This document shows, piece after piece, positions 41,068 through 50,786 of a stretch of DNA of 64,000 bases (position 1 is its first letter; every line of letters begins with the position of its first letter). The notes beneath the pieces are model-generated. The model saw only the letters and a program-made list of their open reading frames with translations. It searched no databases and had not been told where the DNA came from. Made by a program: the position numbers and the translations under genes. The stretch is from Planctomycetota bacterium (lineage in GTDB: Bacteria; Planctomycetota; Phycisphaerae; WQYP01): contig JAKBMM010000008.1 in the NCBI GenBank assembly GCA_021831565.1, positions 11,964 to 75,963 of the forward strand, given 5' to 3'.

Positions 41068-43284
41068 TTACTGCACCACAAAATCAACATGCGCCCGCGC
41101 CGGAATGGTGCTCTGCAGCCGGCGCGCTTCCCGCTTATAGGAAATCCGGAAACGGCTCCGGCAGCCAACCGCGCGCAATTCCAGCGTATGCCGACCGGGC
41201 GCCACGCCCCGCAGATCAACCGTATAGGCTCGCCGGAGCGGGGAAATATGGCGGGCAATTATTTTTCCATCGAGCCGCAACGTAAAACTTTGGGGCGCTT
41301 TGCCGACACAGGCCCAGCGCATGGTTATTCGCCGCGGCTTTACCCTCTGTCCCCGGTGCGGCAAACCAATCGCCAGAACGCTGGTGCGGGGATGTTTCTG
41401 GTGATACAGATGAACACAGGCGCGCGTCAGATTGAGATAGTAGAAACCCCAACCGCCGCAGCCGCGATAAGCGCAATCGGTGAGCGAAGTCGGCTCGATG
41501 TCATTATTTAGATGTACATTATAACAGTCGACATAAATGTTATGTTTGGAGCCGTAGCCGGCGCCCGCCGGTTGGCCGGCGAATTCATTCCACTGGCAAA
41601 TCGTCAGGAAATGCGGGCGGTATTGGAGCGCGGCATTGAATTCCCTTAAATATGTGAACCCATTGTCTCTGGCCCGCGCCTCCGGGAAAAGCCAGCCGCC
41701 CTTTCCGAAAAATGCCGGTGTGATCGTCAGCGACTCGCATTGGCCGTGGTTGTATGTGGGAATCGGCCGAATCGAGCCGTCCATCCACGACCAGTAACCG
41801 GCCTGGACCAGCGCCGGCGATTCCTGCAACTGCGAACCCATCCAGCGAACCGTAAATTGCCGCTGATTGATCGGCGGCTCACCGCCGGCCAGCTTGCCGG
41901 CCAAATAGGCCGGGCCACTGCCGTTAAACAGCACGATCAGCGGCTTGTGCCGGTAATGGAGCCACAAACCGGCCATTCGTGGGTTCGCAACGTAGTTGCG
42001 GTAAATCCACGCCATCTCTTCGTTGAGCGCGGTGGTGCTGGCGGGCGCTGGACCATTATCAAGCCCCAAAAGCAATGTGACTTGCGGTGTGGCAATGCCC
42101 TGGAGCCTCATTTTGGCGTATGTTTTCATCAGCACGGTGGTCGCGTGGATCAACTCTCGGACGTTTGACGCCCGCTGGCGCCAATGGTTCTTGCCCCAAA
42201 GGTTATTGGACCAGTCAATCAAAATGTAATTGATCCCCATTTTATCGAGCCAAAGGGCATGCTGGCGTATGACCAGGGGATTGATGGATGGATATTTTCC
42301 GAGCAGCGGTATCGCTTCGGCCGTGCTCCAGGTCACATTGAGCGGCGTGAACCACGGTTCGTAATCAATTCCCACCAAATGCCGCCGCGGCGCCGGTACG
42401 CTGAATTTACGGACCGTCACACGCACCGAAACGGTATTGGATATCAACGCTTTAGCCGGCATCGGATTTCCGACCGGGAAGTTCCATCTATAGAGGCCCG
42501 GCCATCCCTGAATGGATCCGCCCCATACACCCCCTCCGACCGGAGCGATTACCTGCACGGGTTGCGCGAGTTTTGTCGCTCCAGTCGTGGCGGCCGGCCA
42601 ACCGGCGGGTTTGACCGCAAAACAACGCCAGGCGCGATTGGTGATAATCACTTTTGTACCGGTGGTGCTATGAATGGTCAGCCGGGCCAGTAGACCCGCC
42701 GGACCAGTGTCGTTGTAACCCCGGACCGCGAGTAAATTTTCCCCCGGCTTGAGGAAGCGTCCCAGATGATGCAGGTGGGCCACACGCCACAGACCGCCGG
42801 AACCGATCTCGTGTCCGTTAAGCCAGGCCGTACACGTGTCGTCGCATATCAGCAATATTCTGGCCGCATGGACGCCTGGGCCAAGATGAAATTGTCTCTG
42901 GAAATAAACTTTTTGATGATCCGCGAGGTTCTGGGACCAGATCCAATCGGCGGGGGGAACATGCCGGGCGGGGGAGAGGGCAACTTGAATCCGGGCGATC
43001 CCCGGCTGTGGCAGCGGCAGCAGCAGAGTCGCCAGGCCGGCTTGCTTCGTCTTGGCCGGCGCGCCCCATTGCTTGCCGTTGAGATAGGGCCATAAGGTAA
43101 CGCCTTGCATCCGTTTGCCGCGTCCCGGCGTCAACCGGGCGGTGACGAAAACCGTTCGGCCCTCTCCAACCGAGGCGCGATTGACGCTGATGCGCAGGGC
43201 CGCGGCGCCGTTCGTCCGCCCCCCGGCGCCGAGCAAAACGACCAGGAGAACCGGGGTAAATAGTTTGTAATAGCGATTCGTCAT
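41068..43284 (-). CDS. secreted multidomain putative glycoside hydrolase (galactose-binding-like domain + GH99/GH71-like barrel + Ig-like domain)
   Basis: Signal peptide; DWIW..YFQRQF..CDD..LNG..ENLLAV..GPAGLL module; YEPWF, PLLGKY, IDWSN, QWNEF, DIEP motifs; ATGA overlap with serS stop. Confidence 0.65.
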   Translation of the reverse strand: MTNRYYKLFTPVLLVVLLGAGGRTNGAAALRISVNRASVGEGRTVFVTARLTPGRGKRMQGVTLWPYLNGKQWGAPAKTKQAGLATLLLPLPQPGIARIQVALSPARHVPPADWIWSQNLADHQKVYFQRQFHLGPGVHAARILLICDDTCTAWLNGHEIGSGGLWRVAHLHHLGRFLKPGENLLAVRGYNDTGPAGLLARLTIHSTTGTKVIITNRAWRCFAVKPAGWPAATTGATKLAQPVQVIAPVGGGVWGGSIQGWPGLYRWNFPVGNPMPAKALISNTVSVRVTVRKFSVPAPRRHLVGIDYEPWFTPLNVTWSTAEAIPLLGKYPSINPLVIRQHALWLDKMGINYILIDWSNNLWGKNHWRQRASNVRELIHATTVLMKTYAKMRLQGIATPQVTLLLGLDNGPAPASTTALNEEMAWIYRNYVANPRMAGLWLHYRHKPLIVLFNGSGPAYLAGKLAGGEPPINQRQFTVRWMGSQLQESPALVQAGYWSWMDGSIRPIPTYNHGQCESLTITPAFFGKGGWLFPEARARDNGFTYLREFNAALQYRPHFLTICQWNEFAGQPAGAGYGSKHNIYVDCYNVHLNNDIEPTSLTDCAYRGCGGWGFYYLNLTRACVHLYHQKHPRTSVLAIGLPHRGQRVKPRRITMRWACVGKAPQSFTLRLDGKIIARHISPLRRAYTVDLRGVAPGRHTLELRAVGCRSRFRISYKREARRLQSTIPARAHVDFVVQ

Positions 43285-44666
43285 ATAGATGATCTCCCGG
43301 AACAAGACGCCGGCGCCAGCGGTTGCGCCGGTCGAATGACTTCCATTCCGCCCATGTAGGGGCGAAGAGCGGTGGGAACCGTCACAGATCCATCATTATT
43401 TTGATATAGTTCGATAATAGGAATCAGGAGGCGCGGGCTGGCCGCGACGGTGTTGTTCAGGGTGTGGCAGAAGTGCGTTTCGCCGCCGGTGGCGCGGTAA
43501 CGCAGATTGCAACGCCGGGCCTGAAAATCATAAAGCCGACTGGCGCTGTGCGTTTCGCCGTAACCGTTGCGCGAAGGCATCCAGGTTTCAATGTCAATCA
43601 TGGAGGCATTCTTGGGGCCCAGATCGCCGGCGCAGCACTGCAGCACGCGGTAGGGAAGATTCAACCGTTGCAGCACCAGCTCGCTGTTGGCGAGAATCTC
43701 CCGGTGCCAGCGGATGGATTCCTCGCGGCTGTTGCGGCAGATAATCACCTGCTCAACCTTGTCGAATTGATGGATGCGGTAAAGGCCGGTGGTGTCCTTG
43801 CCGTAGGTTCCGGCCTCGCGGCGGAAGCAGGTGCTCAAGGTGATAAGTTTCAATGGTAGTTCGGCTTCATCAAGAATCTCGTCCATACGCCAGGCGGTCA
43901 GGCCGACTTCACCCGTGCCGGTAAGAAAGCGCTCATCCTGTTCTGTTTCATGGACCTCGCCGACACGATAAGCCTGTTCACGGCCGGCGGGAAAAAAGCC
44001 CGTGCCGCACATGGCCGCTTCGCGCACGAGCACCGGAACCGTCAGGGGCGTAAAGCCCTTTTCTAAAACCATGATGTCCCAGGCCAGGCGCAAAACAGCC
44101 TGGTGGAGCATGGCCCCGGCGCCGACGAGGAAATAGCTGCGGGAGCCGGCGATTTTCGCGCCGCGCGACGCGTCGATCATTCCCAGGCTTACGCCCAGGT
44201 CCACATGCCCGCGGGCGGTGAAATCGAACTGCCGAATCTCGCCCCAGCGGCGCAACTCCACGTTGTCCTCCGACGATTTGCCGGGGGGGACGTCCGCATC
44301 GGGCGGGAGGGGAATCGTCAGCAGAAGATCTTTGATTCGCGGCTCGATGAGCCGCAGCTCTTCTTCCAGCGAAACGGCTTGTCGCTTGAGCGCGGTGGAT
44401 TGATGGCGCCATTGCGACAAGTTGGCGTCGGCTTCCAGTTGTTCCCGTTTTTGCTGGTCCTTTTCCATCTTGATGCGTCCCATGAGCGGGCCGATCCGCT
44501 GGGAAAGACGGTTTTGTTCGGCGGCGATATCCTGTATCCGCCGGGCCAGCTCGCGGCGGCGCGCGTCGAGTGCGAGCAGCGAATCCAGATCAATTGGGAT
44601 ATTTTTTGCCAGAGCGCCCCGCCGCACGAGGTCGGTATGCTCGCGAATGAATTTGATGTCCAACAT
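43281..44666 (-). CDS. serS: serine--tRNA ligase
   Basis: MLDIKFIREH, TGTGEV, CFRREAG, YRIHQFDKVEQ, ETHSAS, HTLNNT. Confidence 0.97.
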   Translation of the reverse strand: MLDIKFIREHTDLVRRGALAKNIPIDLDSLLALDARRRELARRIQDIAAEQNRLSQRIGPLMGRIKMEKDQQKREQLEADANLSQWRHQSTALKRQAVSLEEELRLIEPRIKDLLLTIPLPPDADVPPGKSSEDNVELRRWGEIRQFDFTARGHVDLGVSLGMIDASRGAKIAGSRSYFLVGAGAMLHQAVLRLAWDIMVLEKGFTPLTVPVLVREAAMCGTGFFPAGREQAYRVGEVHETEQDERFLTGTGEVGLTAWRMDEILDEAELPLKLITLSTCFRREAGTYGKDTTGLYRIHQFDKVEQVIICRNSREESIRWHREILANSELVLQRLNLPYRVLQCCAGDLGPKNASMIDIETWMPSRNGYGETHSASRLYDFQARRCNLRYRATGGETHFCHTLNNTVAASPRLLIPIIELYQNNDGSVTVPTALRPYMGGMEVIRPAQPLAPASCSGRSSI

Positions 44667-44696
44667 GCGCGCGTCCGCAACTGTGTACAGGCCTTG

Positions 44697-45686
44697 TCAC
44701 CGGGCGGGGATGACCAGTCGTTCGCCGACGCGGATATCGCCGGGATTGTTCCCAATTACGCGGCGATTGGCGCGGTAAATGCGCCGCCAGAGGGAGGTCC
44801 GATGATAGAATTTCCGGGCGATGCGATACAAGTTGTCGCCCCGGCGTACGATGTAACTATGCACTCCGGTGCGGTGGGAAATGCCAGGGGCGATCGTGCC
44901 GGTGTGCCGCGATGCCAATGGGGGGGCGGCGGGAAGCCGGATTCGCCGCCCCACCAGCATCCGTCGCGGATCGAGGCCCGGATTGGCTCGTTCGATCGCC
45001 CGCACCATACGGGAACTTCCATATACACGCTGGGCTATGGACGTGAGAGTGTCGCCGTGGCGCACCACGTAGGTCCGCGCGACCGTGCGATGTTGACTCG
45101 CCGGAATTCCCTTACCGCTTCGGCCGGTGGTTAAGCGATGCTGGTGATGATGCGTGGCACTAATTGAAGTGCTCGAAAGACTCGAACCGCCAACAGCTCC
45201 ACTCCCGATGCCGGTGTTGGAAGAAGCCGTTCCGGGTGTCTCCTGGGGTGCCGGTATTCCCTGATTGGACAACGTTCCCGTTCCGTCGGAAGTGTTGCCG
45301 GTGGGCGATTCCGCGGGTTGCACCGTGGACGTCGCCAGAGAACCATTGCTGGTTACACTAGTGGCCGAGTTGGACGGCGGCGGGGCGCCGCCTGCCAGCT
45401 CCGCGGAAGCCGCCTGCGTGGTGGCGGAGGGTGGATTGATAACGCCAGTGAGTTGATCGGCTTGGCCGGTTTGACCCGGTGGGGGGGGTATAACTTCCGC
45501 GCCTGGTTGGGAACTCGGTGTCGACGAGGTCGATGAGTTGGTCACCGGAATCAGAGCCGGTTGCGGACCCGGCAGCATATTTTCGGATGCTGCTTTCCGG
45601 GAATGTTTCGCAATGGCAAAGTAAACCACCACCAGAAGTATGACTACAAAAACGGATACCAGTCCAACCTTTACATCGGTACGCAT
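44697..45686 (-). CDS. membrane-anchored protein with two C-terminal LysM domains
   Basis: MRTDVKVG then one TM helix, long S/T/P/G linker, YVVRHGDTLTSIA and YIVRRGDNLYRIA LysM repeats. Confidence 0.88.
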   Translation of the reverse strand: MRTDVKVGLVSVFVVILLVVVYFAIAKHSRKAASENMLPGPQPALIPVTNSSTSSTPSSQPGAEVIPPPPGQTGQADQLTGVINPPSATTQAASAELAGGAPPPSNSATSVTSNGSLATSTVQPAESPTGNTSDGTGTLSNQGIPAPQETPGTASSNTGIGSGAVGGSSLSSTSISATHHHQHRLTTGRSGKGIPASQHRTVARTYVVRHGDTLTSIAQRVYGSSRMVRAIERANPGLDPRRMLVGRRIRLPAAPPLASRHTGTIAPGISHRTGVHSYIVRRGDNLYRIARKFYHRTSLWRRIYRANRRVIGNNPGDIRVGERLVIPAR

Positions 45687-45948
45687 GAGACACCCCGAAC
45701 CTGGTTGCACTCGGCTCAAATCCCCGGAAGCCTGCCGATTTTGCGCCAGCGGCAACCTTTTGCTGACAGGCCCATGGCCGGGCGCGGTTCCGGCACACGC
45801 CGGCTTCGCGCACGACAGATAATACATTAGTCCAACGGCGGGTAATCAACAAGCGACTACACTTAGCGTTTAGCGTTGCAGCGCCTTTTCAGCCTCGGCG
45901 CGGCAGGCTATCATCCTTTCGCGTATACGTTGTGTTTTTCAGCTGGGT

Positions 45949-48900
45949 ATGGATGTGTCGGAGAAAATCCAGCAGACAGTTGATGGATCTCGTCCCGGTG
46001 ACCGGGGCGGCCGGTTGCGCCGCAATTTGATGTGGATGTTGCCAGGTGGTGCGCTGCTGGCGGCGCTGGGCGCGTTGAGTTTGCCGTCTTTGTTGGCGCA
46101 AAGCGTGCCGTCGCCAATTTCACCCACGGTATTTCCCGTCCTCCATCCGCACAGCAGTATCAATATCCCCATGACCGTTTCGGCCGAGCATACCTCTGTC
46201 TGGGTTACCGCGGATGGAATCCAGCATATTCTGCTCGTCGGCGACGTGCATATCAGCGTGGGGTATCGTCGGCTATGGGCCAGGCAGGCGGCTCTGTGGC
46301 TGATGCCGGTATCGTCCGGGGCGACGGGAGTTTACAAGGCTACGATCTATTTGCAGGGTGACGCCCAGGTCAGCGAGGGGCCCCTCGGCCAGGCTCTAAG
46401 CACGGCCCCGGAAATGCTCATCAGCACCCGCATCAGCGCGCGGGTGCGCCTCGCGGGTGCGGCGCCGGTGGCGCAGGTGGAATCGTCCTCGCCGGTGGTG
46501 GTGCGCGGCCGTGCGATCATGCGACAACTTGCCCGGCGGCCCGCGCCTCTGGCGTTTATCCCCACGGTTGAAATCCAGCCGCTGGAAATGGCGTTGACGC
46601 AAGGCTGGCTTGCCCGCGGGTCGAATAATAAACGGATCGTCATACCTACACGAATAGTCGTCCAAAAACCTCCTACCGTTCCTCCCAGGCATCCGCTCGT
46701 TGCGCCGGCGCCGAGCGTCTGGGCCACCGGGAAAGTGATTCAGGTTCGCCGGATCGGCAACCAGAGAGTCACGGTGGTGCAGGGGCGATTCTTTCTGGTG
46801 CGCCAGACGCACCATGGCCAACCGCCCCTGGAACTGCGGGCCAACGACGCCGTGCTTTTCAGTCCCGTCGGGACCGCCGCGCCCGGCGGAAAATCCACGG
46901 TCGAACCCAGCGCGGGGATTTCACAGAAGGTGCAAGGCGTGTATATGCAAGGCGACGTGACCATCACCCTGGGAGATCAAACCGTCCACGCCGACAAGGT
47001 TTACTATGATTTTACGACCAACCGGGCCATTATGCTCAACGCGGTTCTGAGCACGTACGATTTGAAGAATAAATCGCCGTTATACATGCGGGCCAAAGAA
47101 ATTTTGCAACTGGCGCAGGGGCGGTTCGCGGCCAAGTCGGTCAAACTTTCCACCGATGAATTCTACGTGCCGCACTATTACATCGGCGCCAGCGCCATGA
47201 CCTTGCGAAGCCTTTCCGGACCGGTGCGGCGCACGCCGGGTCCCCTGCGCCGCAATGTTTACGCGTTTACCGCCACGAACGTGACCGGCAATATTATGGG
47301 GGTGCCGTTTTTTTACTGGCCCTACCTGGCCGGCACCACGCGGCGGCCGACGACTCCGCTCCGCCGGCTCAACGTCGGTTTTTCGAGCATTTACGGCGCT
47401 ACGCTTGAAACTGGCTGGAATCTGTTTGATCTCGTCGGCTACCCGGCTCCGAAAAACGTCCACGCCAGACTGAATGTGGATTATTTCTCCAAACGGGGAC
47501 CGGGCATTGGCGTGGATTCCCGGTATCAATTCCATGACGCCCATGGCGTGATTCACAGCTTCATCATGTACGATAAAGGCACTGACAATCTGGGGGCCAA
47601 CCGCGAAAATCTGCCGTTACCCACGCATGTCCGGGGATACATCTCCGCACGACACATGCAAAAGCTCTCCCGCCAATGGACGCTGGCGGTGGAAGGATCC
47701 TATATTTCGGACCCGAACTTTCTGGAACAATATTTCCCATACGAATACGCCACTTCCTCCGAACAGCAGACCTCCATTTATCTCAAGCAGCAGCACCATA
47801 CGGAAGCTTTTACCATACTGGGAAAATGGAATCTCAATAACTTTGTCTCCAACGCCGACCTGGAAAACAACGAATTTTCCGTGCAGCGTTACCCCGAAGC
47901 CCATTATTGGCGCGTGGGCGACAAACTTCTGGGGTTGTTCACCTACTACAGCGACAGCAGCGGCGGGCTGCTCAATGATAAATTCAGTCAGACCACGCCT
48001 GCCACCCGCGGATTGCAACTGAATTTCCCCGGCATGAACCCCAACGAAACCTTCGCCAATTATTATCTCAACAACGGCTGGACCAGCCGCAATATCGCCC
48101 GCTTTGATTCCCGCCAGGAAATCGACATGCCACTGGCGGCGGGACCGATTCAGTTCGTACCTTTCGTTACCGGTCGCCTTACCTATTGGGATACCCGGTT
48201 CCCCGTGGCCAACAACCAGACCGGCGGCGGCACCACCCGCGCCTGGGGAATGACAGGCTTTCGATCTACCGCCACGTTCTGGCGGGTATACAACGGTGTG
48301 AACTCCAATTTTCTTGACGTGCATGGCTTGCGCCACGTAATTGAGCCGGAGGTCGATCTGTTCGTATCCGGCACCAACGTTCCGCGCGGTTATCTGCAGC
48401 CCTTCGATCGCAACGTGGAGGGCATTACCAACGCCAGCGGCGCCCAATTCGCCCTGCGTCAGGTTTTCCAAACCAAACGCGGTCTGCCCGGCAAGCGGCA
48501 GATGGTTAACTGGATCACGCTGAATATCTCCGCCGACATGTTTTGGAACCAGTCCCAGTCCCAAACGGGTCCTTTCAACGCCGCCAACCCCATGTATGCC
48601 GGTGCTCCCTTTTCCACCAGCGATTTCGGACAGCCGTTGATCGGTTACTACGATTTTAGCCGGCCCGAACTAAGTCAAATCGCCGACAGTCTCAACGCCA
48701 GTTTCACTTGGCGCGCCGGGGCGAATGTCCGTTTTCTGGGCGACGAAAGTTACAATATGGACTTGCGGAGGCTGGAAGAGGTCGATACCGGCATGGCGGT
48801 GGATCAGTCGCCCAGCTTGAGTTATTTTCTTGGCAACCGCTATATTGAGGCGTTGACGACTGATCAATGGACCTTTGCGGTCAATTACCGATTGACGCGC

Positions 48901-49125
48901 AAGTATTCCATTTCGGCGGCCGAAAGCTATGATTTTTCACTTGTCCATAACATTGCTTCTGAAATCACCGTGGTGCGACAGTTGCCGCGTCTTTATGCCG
49001 GTTTGACCCTTAGCTACAACGCCGACACGCGCAGCACGGCCGTTTTTGTGAGTCTCTGGCCGGCCGGCTACCCGCAATTCGGGATTACCAGCCCTACCGC
49101 CCTGGCCGCCGCGCCGCAGTATTAA
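45949..49125 (+). CDS. LPS-assembly protein LptD/OstA-like outer membrane protein
   Basis: 1058 aa; OstA-like N-part (VHADKVYYDF, GVPFFYWPY, DYFSKRGPGIG), SDPNFLEQYF, LRHVIEP, amphipathic beta-strands at the C-terminus. Confidence 0.78.
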   Translation: MDVSEKIQQTVDGSRPGDRGGRLRRNLMWMLPGGALLAALGALSLPSLLAQSVPSPISPTVFPVLHPHSSINIPMTVSAEHTSVWVTADGIQHILLVGDVHISVGYRRLWARQAALWLMPVSSGATGVYKATIYLQGDAQVSEGPLGQALSTAPEMLISTRISARVRLAGAAPVAQVESSSPVVVRGRAIMRQLARRPAPLAFIPTVEIQPLEMALTQGWLARGSNNKRIVIPTRIVVQKPPTVPPRHPLVAPAPSVWATGKVIQVRRIGNQRVTVVQGRFFLVRQTHHGQPPLELRANDAVLFSPVGTAAPGGKSTVEPSAGISQKVQGVYMQGDVTITLGDQTVHADKVYYDFTTNRAIMLNAVLSTYDLKNKSPLYMRAKEILQLAQGRFAAKSVKLSTDEFYVPHYYIGASAMTLRSLSGPVRRTPGPLRRNVYAFTATNVTGNIMGVPFFYWPYLAGTTRRPTTPLRRLNVGFSSIYGATLETGWNLFDLVGYPAPKNVHARLNVDYFSKRGPGIGVDSRYQFHDAHGVIHSFIMYDKGTDNLGANRENLPLPTHVRGYISARHMQKLSRQWTLAVEGSYISDPNFLEQYFPYEYATSSEQQTSIYLKQQHHTEAFTILGKWNLNNFVSNADLENNEFSVQRYPEAHYWRVGDKLLGLFTYYSDSSGGLLNDKFSQTTPATRGLQLNFPGMNPNETFANYYLNNGWTSRNIARFDSRQEIDMPLAAGPIQFVPFVTGRLTYWDTRFPVANNQTGGGTTRAWGMTGFRSTATFWRVYNGVNSNFLDVHGLRHVIEPEVDLFVSGTNVPRGYLQPFDRNVEGITNASGAQFALRQVFQTKRGLPGKRQMVNWITLNISADMFWNQSQSQTGPFNAANPMYAGAPFSTSDFGQPLIGYYDFSRPELSQIADSLNASFTWRAGANVRFLGDESYNMDLRRLEEVDTGMAVDQSPSLSYFLGNRYIEALTTDQWTFAVNYRLTRKYSISAAESYDFSLVHNIASEITVVRQLPRLYAGLTLSYNADTRSTAVFVSLWPAGYPQFGITSPTALAAAPQY

Positions 49126-49146
49126 ATGTGATCGGATCGTGAATAC

Positions 49147-49863
49147 ATGCACGGGTCTCCACTGGCGCGTCGTATCGATCATACGCTTCTTCAGCCGGAA
49201 GCCACGGAACCGCGGATTCGCGCGCTGGTCGCCCAGGCTATCGAGTTTCACTTTGCCGCCGTCTGTGTCAATCCCTGCTGGGTTGATTTGGTCAGCGTTC
49301 TGTTACGCCAGGCCGGCGTGCACGATCCTCCCACCGCCGATTGTCGCGTAGCAACATGTGCATGTGTCGGTTTTCCCTTCGGCGTCTCTCTTCCCGCCAC
49401 CAAAGCCGGCGAAGCCGCGGTGTGCGTGCGGAACGGCGCCGATGAAATCGACATGGTCATTTTTTTGCCGGCGGTTCTTGCCGGCGATCTCGATCGCGCC
49501 CGGCGGGACGTTTTGGAAGTGACGCGGGCGACACGATCTCTCCGGTCGCGCACCGTGGTGAAGGTGATTCTCGAAACCGCGCTCTTGGCGGAAGAGCACA
49601 TGGCGTTGGGTTGCCGCGCGGCACGGGAAGGGGGCGCGGATTTTGTCAAAACCAGCACCGGCTTTCACCCCGCCGGGGGAGCCAGCGTGTTGGCCGTCCA
49701 GTGGCTCAAGAAATATTCCGGCGGTCTGCGGGTTAAAGCCGCCGGCGGCATTCGCGATTGGCCCACCGCCCAAGCCATGCTGGCTGCGGGTGCTGATCGG
49801 CTGGGCTGCTCAGCGAGCGTGGCAATTGTCACCGCGGCGGAAAAGGCCTCTGCTTCCCCGTGA
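49147..49863 (+). CDS. deoC: deoxyribose-phosphate aldolase
   Basis: IDHTLL, VGFPFG, GADEIDMV, KVILET, ADFVKTSTGF, KAAGGIR, RLGCS. Confidence 0.96.
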   Translation: MHGSPLARRIDHTLLQPEATEPRIRALVAQAIEFHFAAVCVNPCWVDLVSVLLRQAGVHDPPTADCRVATCACVGFPFGVSLPATKAGEAAVCVRNGADEIDMVIFLPAVLAGDLDRARRDVLEVTRATRSLRSRTVVKVILETALLAEEHMALGCRAAREGGADFVKTSTGFHPAGGASVLAVQWLKKYSGGLRVKAAGGIRDWPTAQAMLAAGADRLGCSASVAIVTAAEKASASP

Positions 49864-49885
49864 CGCGCCACCAGGTGGTGGCGCA

Positions 49886-50689
49886 CTACGGCGTTACGAT
49901 CATCTGCGGGAATTTGCCGGCCAGGGTCGAACGTGCCGCCAGTGCCGCGGCGTAGGTCGCGTAAACTCCACTTTGAACCAGGTACAATGTCTTGCCGCCA
50001 ATGATCGCGGGTACGACTCGCGCTGCAACCCCGCCCTGCTCCAGTGCCGCAACCTGTCTCCATGCCGCGGCCGGAATCGCCCACGCGCCGAATTGCAGTG
50101 TGAAGTGATTCTGGGAAAGCCTGGGCGTGGCGGCGCGAGCCGAAGCGGTGTTGGGATAAAGTGTCTGCAAGCGGGAAAGATAAATCCGCCCCGCTTGCCA
50201 CTGCCCCATATTCTGCAGCGATACCCCGAGCCGAAACAGCAGCCCGGAGGAGGGTTGTGCGGCTGGATTTGCCCGCAGGGAGCGGCGATAGTCGGAAATC
50301 GCCCGTCTGTAGTGGCCGTGGGTATAGGCCATGTCGCCAAGTGCCTTGTAGCTTTTGGATAAAAGGTCCGGTCGTTGGCTCTGCGCGATGGCCCGCCGAT
50401 AATCCGTGCGGGCGCCGGGTATGTTTCCCTGCGCTTCCTCCGAAATAGCCGCCAGATAATAGGCTTCGTCAAGATCGGGGCTTTGCGGATGGCTTTGAAT
50501 GTATTGTTGCGCCGTGGTCTGCGCTTCGCTGTAATTGCGGCTCTCATAAACTTGATAACCGCTTTGTAGACTTGGTCCAGGAGGTTGCGGCGCCTGGCAG
50601 CCGGTAAGACAAGTCGCCAGTGCGATCCCAATAGCCATCGCGATTAACTTAATCGTATTGGCTCTGTAAAATAATGTCTGATTTTTCAT
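49886..50689 (-). CDS. lipoprotein with TPR repeats and a C-terminal SPOR domain
   Basis: Lipobox LTGC; TPR-like helices (EAYYLAA, YKALGD, LFRLG); C-terminal FTLQFGAW...LYLVQSGVY..YAAA SPOR-like pattern. Confidence 0.78.
   Translation of the reverse strand: MKNQTLFYRANTIKLIAMAIGIALATCLTGCQAPQPPGPSLQSGYQVYESRNYSEAQTTAQQYIQSHPQSPDLDEAYYLAAISEEAQGNIPGARTDYRRAIAQSQRPDLLSKSYKALGDMAYTHGHYRRAISDYRRSLRANPAAQPSSGLLFRLGVSLQNMGQWQAGRIYLSRLQTLYPNTASARAATPRLSQNHFTLQFGAWAIPAAAWRQVAALEQGGVAARVVPAIIGGKTLYLVQSGVYATYAAALAARSTLAGKFPQMIVTP
50625..50644. repeat. short palindromic repeat, degenerate copy 5 inside a signal-peptide coding region
   Basis: ATCCCAATAGCCATCGCGAT, 2 mismatches to ATCCCGATAGCCATCGGGAT; encodes part of IAMAIGI on the minus strand. 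Confidence 0.55.
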
Positions 50690-50726
50690 CGTTGGCTACC
50701 CTGTTGGTGAAACAGTACCGCTTCGG

Positions 50727-50745
50727 TCCCGATAGCCATCGGGAT
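50727..50745. repeat. short palindromic repeat, copy 6
   Basis: TCCCGATAGCCATCGGGAT downstream of rplS. Confidence 0.8.
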
Positions 50746-50786
50746 AGCTCTGGATATTCCCGATCCGAACCCATTCCCAAGAATTA

